64,000 nt of DNA. Origin: Minisyncoccota bacterium (GTDB lineage Bacteria; Patescibacteriota; Minisyncoccia; Phycocordibacterales; UBA12088). A program made the translations under genes and the position numbers. The stretch is taken from positions 18,413-82,412 of the forward strand of contig JAYRER010000048.1 in assembly GCA_041908795.1 (NCBI GenBank), given 5' to 3'. Under the pieces are notes generated by a model. It did no database searches, had not been told where the DNA came from, and was given only the letters and a program-made list of their open reading frames with translations. Positions 57,464 to 64,000 of the stretch are shown piece by piece; the first letter of the stretch is position 1, and every line of letters begins with the position of its first letter.

Positions 57464-58453
57464 ATGTATACGCCTAGACTTTTTTTAAAAACACACTTTC
57501 TGGTACCAGTGGGTTTAGTAGCGCTCCTTATCTTTACGTCATGTGGAGTTTCATTTGCTCAGACAGCAAATAGTTTTCCAGGCGCGTCTACAAGTAGCAA
57601 CCTTTCAACTAACGCCATGACGGTGGAAACACGGTCAATGGTTATTAACGGAGCGAAGCGAACATATCAGATACAAAAACCAACCGGCACCGATGTACGG
57701 TATCCGGTTGTGATTGTGATGCACGGTGGTGGGGGTAGCATAGAGGATGCGCTCGTGTTGTCAGGCTTCCCGGCGCTTGCTCAGCGCGAAAAATTCATAC
57801 TTGTGGCACCTCAAGGACTTAAAGGTGGTTGGGATGCGGTTTCAAAGACGGGAAGTGCGGGAGATGTCAAGTTTATTGGAAAAATCATCGATACTGTCGT
57901 AGCAAAAGATTATGCAGACAAGACTCGTATATTTGCGACCGGAATGTCCGCGGGTGGCGCTATGTCGTTTCTTTTGGGTTGCGAGATGAGCGATCGAATT
58001 GCCGCTATTGCGCCAGTGGGAATTCTCATGCATAAGGATCTTGCTAAATATTGCAAACCTTCGAGACCTCTACCTATTATGGTAGTGCACGGTACGGCAG
58101 ACACGCACGTGCCCGCAGGAGGTGGCACTTTGAAGTATGCGACATACCACGAAGTTCTTTCTCAAAAAAATACTTTAACGTTTTGGGCTACACGTAATGG
58201 CTGCTTCAGTGGTGTGAGTGGTGCCAATCTTGAAAATACGAGTAAAACTGACCGTTCAACGGTGACCAAATATACGTATAAAAAATGTAAGAACGGCGTC
58301 GAAACATTGTTCTATGAGGTGAGAGGCGGAGGTCACACATGGCCTGGCGGTAACATGCCATTTTTGATTGGACTTCTCCTTGGAGTAACCAACAAAGACA
58401 TGAACGCTACGGAAACTATTTGGAAATTCTTTAACAACGTTGGTCACAAGTAG
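57464..58453 (+). CDS. Secreted alpha/beta-hydrolase, PHB-depolymerase/LpqC-like esterase
   Basis: Signal peptide, MHGGGG, GMSAG, HGTAD, GGGHTWPG. Confidence 0.88.
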   Translation: MYTPRLFLKTHFLVPVGLVALLIFTSCGVSFAQTANSFPGASTSSNLSTNAMTVETRSMVINGAKRTYQIQKPTGTDVRYPVVIVMHGGGGSIEDALVLSGFPALAQREKFILVAPQGLKGGWDAVSKTGSAGDVKFIGKIIDTVVAKDYADKTRIFATGMSAGGAMSFLLGCEMSDRIAAIAPVGILMHKDLAKYCKPSRPLPIMVVHGTADTHVPAGGGTLKYATYHEVLSQKNTLTFWATRNGCFSGVSGANLENTSKTDRSTVTKYTYKKCKNGVETLFYEVRGGGHTWPGGNMPFLIGLLLGVTNKDMNATETIWKFFNNVGHK

Positions 58454-58511
58454 TGGGATTCTTAACTGATGGCAGAGATATTCACATTCATGTATTTTAT
58501 AGAGCGTTAGT

Positions 58512-59348
58512 TCATTCTCCGCAGGTAAATATCACCGTCCCTTCAGTGCAGGTACTTCGTATTATTGAGCCCAGGGTATGCAAGCGTTCGAGCACCTCTT
58601 TATGAGGATGGCCGTAGCGGTTATCACACCCAGCAGACACAATAGCGGCTTTAGGCGCAACCGCTGAAAGAAATGATTCCGATGATGAGGTGCGACTTCC
58701 GTGGTGACCGAGCTTGAGCACATCACTTTGAAGCATTACTCTTGAATCCACGAGGTACTCTTCTATAAATGAAGGTGAGTCTCCAGTAAGGAGAAACGAG
58801 TTCGTACCACACATGAGGCGCGCCACTACCGAGCCACTGTTTGCCTCAAGCCCCGTCACATCTCGATCGGGAAAGAGTATGTCGAGACGCACCTTGGGCG
58901 CGAGCATGAGTGTCATACCCGTCTTCACAAGGACCGGCTTTAACCCCTCTTCGCGCACCGCATCAAGAAGCATGCGATAATCGTCGCCATCATCGGCAAC
59001 ACCTGGCTCAAGAAACAAGCCCACATCGTAGCGCTCAAACACGTCAGGTAAACCACCTATATGATCAAGATCAGGGTGAGTTGCCATCACCACATCAATA
59101 CGTCGCTCGCTGGGACGTAAGAGGCCTCCGAGCTCGCGCAGTACAGATGTATCTGTACCACCGTCAATGAGAAGGCGACTGCCGTTCTCGGCCTCAATGA
59201 AAATGGCATCGCCTTGCCCTACATCGAGGAAGGCGACGCGCGCACTACCCAACCGCTCCGTTCCCGTCACCTCAGTCCACACGAGTATGTTCACGGTGAT
59301 GAGTGCGAGGAGTGCGTACCACACTGCATATGTTCGGAAATACTCCAT
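58512..59348 (-). CDS. ComEC/Rec2-type metallo-beta-lactamase-fold nuclease (stand-alone)
   Basis: DVGQGDA, THPDLDHIGG, GHHGS, NRYGHP. Confidence 0.92.
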   Translation of the reverse strand: MEYFRTYAVWYALLALITVNILVWTEVTGTERLGSARVAFLDVGQGDAIFIEAENGSRLLIDGGTDTSVLRELGGLLRPSERRIDVVMATHPDLDHIGGLPDVFERYDVGLFLEPGVADDGDDYRMLLDAVREEGLKPVLVKTGMTLMLAPKVRLDILFPDRDVTGLEANSGSVVARLMCGTNSFLLTGDSPSFIEEYLVDSRVMLQSDVLKLGHHGSRTSSSESFLSAVAPKAAIVSAGCDNRYGHPHKEVLERLHTLGSIIRSTCTEGTVIFTCGE

Positions 59349-59456
59349 TGTGTGAGTGTAGCATGCACATACACGCGCACATGGATAGTGGTAGATACGA
59401 AACAGAGCTCCGCACTGCGGCGGAGCATCTGAAACATATAATGTTTGTTTCTTGGT

Positions 59457-59786
59457 TCAAGTCGGAGCGCGGCCAACCAGTTTGAGGCATTCACGCGGGA
59501 ACAAGACCGGAAACGTAAGTGTGCGGAGATACCTACGTGTAAAGTGAAATCCCTTGTCGGTTGGCTTCAAAACATTCGCGTGGGGAAACACTGGACGCAC
59601 GTATACCAAGCGTACAGGTCCCCTCATTACCTCGTCGCTCTCACAATAGCGACTAAGGTACATAAAATCAGGAGTATGCACACAGTATAACTGTCCAAGT
59701 GGATGCCGCTTGTCAGTTGAGAACAAGTCGTGCATCACAAGCGACACAATATCGCCGCCCAAGAGTTCTGGATACTTCATTTCCAC
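59457..59786 (-). CDS. Orphan hypothetical protein
   Basis: AAGGAGG SD upstream; GCTCCGC/GCGGAGC hairpin downstream (59407-59426). Confidence 0.45.
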   Translation of the reverse strand: MEMKYPELLGGDIVSLVMHDLFSTDKRHPLGQLYCVHTPDFMYLSRYCESDEVMRGPVRLVYVRPVFPHANVLKPTDKGFHFTRRYLRTLTFPVLFPRECLKLVGRAPT

Positions 59787-59810
59787 CTTATCCTCCTTGA
59801 GTGAGTGCCT

Positions 59811-60959
59811 TTACCTAACGGCGGACGCTACCGCATGGACCACCCGCTTGTCAAACGCACTCGGGATGATGTGCGTCGGAGTGGGCCTCGCCACGAGCGC
59901 AGCGAGCTTTTTCGCTGACCTAAGCTTCATCACATCGGTAATCTGACTCACCTTGTGAGTGAGCGCACCATGAAAGATACCGGGAAACGCCAGCACATTG
60001 TTGAGCTGGTTCGGAAAGTCGCTTCGCCCTGTCGCAACGACATACGCCCCCGCAGTCTTCGCTTCATCCGGCATAATTTCCGGCACCGGATTTGCAAGTG
60101 CAAAGACAATTGGTCGCTGTGCCATGATACGGATGTGCTCGGGGAGAATGGTGCTCGGGCCCGAGACACCAATGAGTACGTCGGCTCCCGCCGCCGCTTC
60201 ACGCACACCTCCCACTCTTCGTTCAAGGTTGGTAAGCTCCGCAAGCTCCTTCTTGTACGGCAAGAGATACTGACGATCGGGCTCGATGATACCCTTACTA
60301 TCAACCACCACCACATCTCCCACACCGTACGTAACAAGAAGCTTCGCAATCGCGGTTCCCGCAGCGCCAGCACCAACAATTGCAACACGCACCTTCTGCA
60401 CACTCTTACGTACCACCTTGAGCGCATTAATGAGGCCTGCGAGCACTACAATTGCAGTACCATGCTGGTCGTCGTGCATGACGGGTATTGAGAGCTCCTC
60501 TTTGAGTCGTGTTTCTATTTCGAAACACTGTGGTGCCGCAATGTCTTCGAGGTTGATACCCCCGAATGAAGGCGCAAGTGCTTTTACGATGGCAATAATC
60601 TCCTCCGGGTCCTGTGTCGAAAGCACGAGTGGCACCGCGTCCACACACCCAAACTCCTTAAAGAGAAGCGCCTTCCCTTCCATGACGGGAAGCGCACCTT
60701 CGGGCCCAATGTTGCCGAGCCCCAAGACCGCCGAGCCGTCGGAAATGACGGCAACCGTACGACCCGTCCACGTGTATTCGCGCGTCCTTTCGGGGTGCTC
60801 GTGGAGAAACGTGGACACTGCTCCCACACCGGGTGTGTAGAGGAGCTTGAGCGCCTCGCGCGTGGCACGTGCCGTACCCCGGATCTCAATCTTACCTCCG
60901 AGCTTCTTATGAAGGGCGAGCGCTTGGTGCGCTACGGTGCGCGGAGTGCGGGGTTTCAT
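59811..60959 (-). CDS. NAD(P)-dependent malic enzyme
   Basis: YTPGV, EGKA, INLEDI, HDDQHGTA, GAGAAG, GRSDFPNQ. Confidence 0.95.
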   Translation of the reverse strand: MKPRTPRTVAHQALALHKKLGGKIEIRGTARATREALKLLYTPGVGAVSTFLHEHPERTREYTWTGRTVAVISDGSAVLGLGNIGPEGALPVMEGKALLFKEFGCVDAVPLVLSTQDPEEIIAIVKALAPSFGGINLEDIAAPQCFEIETRLKEELSIPVMHDDQHGTAIVVLAGLINALKVVRKSVQKVRVAIVGAGAAGTAIAKLLVTYGVGDVVVVDSKGIIEPDRQYLLPYKKELAELTNLERRVGGVREAAAGADVLIGVSGPSTILPEHIRIMAQRPIVFALANPVPEIMPDEAKTAGAYVVATGRSDFPNQLNNVLAFPGIFHGALTHKVSQITDVMKLRSAKKLAALVARPTPTHIIPSAFDKRVVHAVASAVR

Positions 60960-61044
60960 GGGTCCATGCTACCACAACTCACACCTCATGCGCACACGCA
61001 CCACACGTGCTACCATATGTGACATACCAACTCACCACACCACC

Positions 61045-61644
61045 ATGCAGTACGAAGCGCGCACCTTTACACTGCCGGAAATTCCCGGCCTCTCCAAAGA
61101 CCAGCTTGAGGTCCACCTCGGACTCTACCAAGGGTACGTCAAGCACGTGAACCTCCTCTACGCGGAGCTCACGAAACTATCCGACTTCGGTGATGAACAC
61201 ACGTACACCATCGCCGAGCTTCGCCGACGACTCGGGTTCGAGTGGAACGGCATGCGGCTCCATGAGCTCTACTTCGAACAGCTCGAAGGGGGAGCGCGCG
61301 TTGCCGATGCCGACATCAAGTTCCACGAGCTCCTCCTCATGCAGTACTCATCGTTCACCAATTGGCTTCAAAACTTTAAATCAGTTCCCGCGCGAGGCCC
61401 GGGCTGGGCACTCCTCACGTACGACCCACTCGCACGTAGGTTTCACCATGTCTGGGCGGCCGACCACGAGGTGGGCCAACTCGCAACACTCCCCGTGCTC
61501 CTCGCGGTCGACCACTGGGAGCACGCCTACATGGTGGACTACAAACCTACAGAGAAAGGAAAGTACGTGGAAGCGTTCTTCAACGCACTCAATTGGGACA
61601 TCGTGGCGAAACGGTTCGACGATGCGACACGTACGAACGTGTAG
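61045..61644 (+). CDS. Fe/Mn superoxide dismutase
   Basis: HLGLYQGYV, LHELYF, DHWEHAY metal ligands. Confidence 0.9.
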   Translation: MQYEARTFTLPEIPGLSKDQLEVHLGLYQGYVKHVNLLYAELTKLSDFGDEHTYTIAELRRRLGFEWNGMRLHELYFEQLEGGARVADADIKFHELLLMQYSSFTNWLQNFKSVPARGPGWALLTYDPLARRFHHVWAADHEVGQLATLPVLLAVDHWEHAYMVDYKPTEKGKYVEAFFNALNWDIVAKRFDDATRTNV

Positions 61645-63102
61645 CTACTCGCGACTCGCAGAGGTGCGCCAACGCACGTAGACGCTGATCGCCACAAGGT
61701 AGATACCGCACACGAGAAGTGGTGGGGGAGGCGGAACCGTAAGCGATGCGAAGGGTGCCTGCGCGAGCACGTGTGCGACACCGAGAAGGTATGCGAGAAT
61801 AGCGTGCGAAAAGAGCCCGAAGGGTGACGCGAGCGTCCCGCTTATGAGTCCGGCACACCCGGCAAGAAACGACACGAGCATGGCGAGCGGAATAACGGGA
61901 AGCGCGAGGAGGTTCGCGAGGAGCGCAACGAGTGAGAGCTCACCCGTGAGTGAGAGGAGGAGTGGAGCGACCGCACACTGTGTCGCAAGCGTGGCGGCGA
62001 CAATCGCACGAGCTCCGAATGAAGCGGGAATCCATGCAAGGCGACGCTCAAACCACGGCGAGAGCGTCACGAGTCCCGCGGTTGCGATGACGGAGAGCTG
62101 AAAGCCCGGATCGGAAAGGAGGATGAGTGGATTCCACATCACCATGAGAAACGACGCAACGAGAAGCAGGTGGAGCACCTCGACAGGCCGCACGAGGGAC
62201 CGAGCGAGGAGTGCGAGGAGTGCCATTATCGCCGCACGCACCGCCGCGGCACCCGCTCCCGCCATGAGTGTGAATGCCACAATAGCCCCCGCACCGACCG
62301 TAAAGCCTACACGTTGAGGAAACGCCCGCATGAGGAGGAGTACCGCGGTTGCGATGATGGTGAGGTTGAAGCCGGAGAGCACCACCACGTGGGTGAGTCC
62401 GACGACACGGAACTCCTCGGTAATTTTTTCACCGAGTGAGCGTTTCGCTCCCACGAGAAGCCCCGAGGCAAGCGCACTCTCCGGCTCGGACACCGTACGG
62501 TAGAGCGCACGCAAAAAAATGTGTTTCCCTTCGATGAGTGCGCGTCGCATGCCACGTCCCTCGCAGAGCACCTCGACCTTTGCAAACGGCACCTCGTAGA
62601 GGATGCCGTCTTTCGCAAGGTAGCGCGGGTAGTTGAAGGTACCCGCGTCCGTCGTGAACGGTTCGGGCCTTTTCAACGTTCCCAGAACACGCACTGTGTC
62701 CCCAAATCGCACGGGGGTGCGTCGCGGCGCATGTACCAACATCCGCACCTCTCGCGTGTTCTCGCGCGCTTCTACGGCAACCGTGAGGAGTGTGCGATTC
62801 TCGCGCACATCCGGTTCGCGCACCACCACACCCTCGTATGCAACCTTCGTACCGAGCTGTGCATCGAACTGTGCGTCGGGCACGGGGAGCGCAAGCTCGG
62901 TACGTACGGCTCCCGACACCGTAGCGACACACGCGAGTGCAAGCAAGAGAAATGGGCGACGTTGCGTGGCCGTGTAGAGACCCGTAAGCATAAGTGCGGC
63001 TCCCATACCCGCTCCCACGACAACGAGGGACACCTCAAACTCCGACCGTACGAATACACCCGTAAAGAACCCTGCGATGAGCGTGTAGAAAAACGGACGC
63101 AC
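61645..63102 (-). CDS. comEC: ComEC membrane DNA-uptake channel (DUF4131 + Competence domain)
   Basis: GLTHVVVLSGFN, RAAIMA, NP...DPGFQLS. Confidence 0.92.
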   Translation of the reverse strand: MRPFFYTLIAGFFTGVFVRSEFEVSLVVVGAGMGAALMLTGLYTATQRRPFLLLALACVATVSGAVRTELALPVPDAQFDAQLGTKVAYEGVVVREPDVRENRTLLTVAVEARENTREVRMLVHAPRRTPVRFGDTVRVLGTLKRPEPFTTDAGTFNYPRYLAKDGILYEVPFAKVEVLCEGRGMRRALIEGKHIFLRALYRTVSEPESALASGLLVGAKRSLGEKITEEFRVVGLTHVVVLSGFNLTIIATAVLLLMRAFPQRVGFTVGAGAIVAFTLMAGAGAAAVRAAIMALLALLARSLVRPVEVLHLLLVASFLMVMWNPLILLSDPGFQLSVIATAGLVTLSPWFERRLAWIPASFGARAIVAATLATQCAVAPLLLSLTGELSLVALLANLLALPVIPLAMLVSFLAGCAGLISGTLASPFGLFSHAILAYLLGVAHVLAQAPFASLTVPPPPPLLVCGIYLVAISVYVRWRTSASRE

Positions 63103-63203
63103 ACCTCTACGGTACCATGCGGTGCGCTGGCGGCTACCACTTGCAAACTCCTGTGGTGCCTGTACAGTGCTCGCTAGTCAACAACGCCATTTGGGAGATC
63201 AGT

Positions 63204-63659
63204 ATGGATGGTGCTACCCATAGCCCAACAATTCAAGAGATACGTACGGCCGCGCGTGCTCGCAGGAAGAACGAAATACGAAAACAGGAACAACAGTTCG
63301 AAGACAATTGGCGTAATAACATCAAGGACGTCCTCGACAGGGCGGCGGATGAGGATGTGGACGCAGTTGAAGTGTATGCGCTCACCGACAATGATGTGGA
63401 TGAGGTCACAAAACGCGCACGCATACTGGCGCATCTACATGACACCAACACGCTCACAAGGGAACACTTGCGAGGGAGAGCGCACGTAATCGCGCGCATC
63501 ATCGAGGAGCATAGGTGCTCCGTCGCCATCCGTCTCTGCCCTCCATACAACGGCGAGGGGCCGGGCCGACTGCGGCTCAACGTCACAAGCTTTGTGCTCT
63601 GCGCCGAGCTCCCCGAGCCGGAGGAGTCTTTCGTTCTCACGGACGACATGCGCACGTAG
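63204..63659 (+). CDS. Orphan hypothetical protein
   Basis: GGGAG SD; charged, helical 151-aa ORF. Confidence 0.55.
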   Translation: MDGATHSPTIQEIRTAARARRKNEIRKQEQQFEDNWRNNIKDVLDRAADEDVDAVEVYALTDNDVDEVTKRARILAHLHDTNTLTREHLRGRAHVIARIIEEHRCSVAIRLCPPYNGEGPGRLRLNVTSFVLCAELPEPEESFVLTDDMRT

Positions 63660-63686
63660 GCTGCTCCGCAAGCTTGAAAGCACCGA

Positions 63687-63715
63687 CGCCGGTCACCACA
63701 ACGTGGTGACCGGCG
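63687..63715. terminator. 13-bp hairpin between convergent genes
   Basis: CGCCGGTCACCAC-AAC-GTGGTGACCGGCG. Confidence 0.65.
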
Positions 63716-63721
63716 CTTCCG

Positions 63722-64000
63722 TTACCTACCTTGATCCATCGCCTCGTTCGCGAGGCGATCGGCGCGACTGTTTTCCGCGCGTGGAATGTGGGTGAAGGTG
63801 ACGTGCGGGAAGTCTTTGACGCGCATGTTGTGAATACTGATGAAGAGTGGGAAGAGCGACTCCTCTTTGATTTGGTAGATGCCGGAGAGCTGGCGGGCGA
63901 CGAGCTCGGAGTCCATGCGCACCTCAACCTCCAAGTTCTTACACTGCGGTGCACCGAACTGCTTTTTCACCATTTCAAGTCCGAGGATGACCGCATGGTA
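63722..64000 (-). CDS. rnhA: Ribonuclease HI family protein (5' end beyond the window)
   Basis: Y.AVILGL...MDSELVARQ...HIPRAENSRADRLANEAMD. Confidence 0.9.
   Translation of the reverse strand, partial: YHAVILGLEMVKKQFGAPQCKNLEVEVRMDSELVARQLSGIYQIKEESLFPLFISIHNMRVKDFPHVTFTHIPRAENSRADRLANEAMDQGR

Noticed and set aside
1-64000. CRISPR array, prophage, integrase or IS transposase
   Set aside because: No regularly spaced repeats and no cas, phage, integrase or transposase motifs were seen.

Overview
A 64-kb chromosomal segment of a small-genome bacterium, most likely Patescibacteria/CPR (Parcubacteria-like). This assignment is an inference from gene content and style: PilM/ComF/split ComEC, short UDP-sugar dehydrogenases, a glycosyltransferase-rich island, a split str/S10 cluster and a Parcubacteria-like S12. 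Standard code 11 is used. Layout: (1) 1-10 kb, competence and housekeeping genes (pilM, comF, tRNA-Ser(GCT), a K+-channel-like protein, an L,D-transpeptidase fusion, a PduO-type adenosyltransferase, recG, DedA); (2) about 10.3-45.9 kb, a mosaic ~36-kb surface-glycan island (GT2/GT4/GT-C enzymes, four polysaccharide deacetylases each near a SAM methyltransferase, a NodU/CmcH carbamoyltransferase, WecB, epimerases, two short UDP-glucose dehydrogenases, a priming transferase and a ParDE toxin-antitoxin pair); (3) 46.5-56.4 kb, rpsL-rpsG-fusA-tuf-rpsJ-rplCDWB interrupted by orphan cassettes, plus rpmB; (4) 56-64 kb, an esterase, split ComEC, malic enzyme, SOD and RNase HI. The most notable signals missed by the ORF track are a GIY-YIG nuclease pseudogene lying between an intact tRNA-Ser and a degenerate, palindrome-interrupted copy of its 5' half; a family of loop-less palindromes just after stop codons; a -10 element exactly 6 nt before many start codons (apparently leaderless), contrasted with SD-led orphan cassettes; and a long structured leader upstream of rplC. 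All calls come from manual motif recognition; no database searches or folding programs were run.
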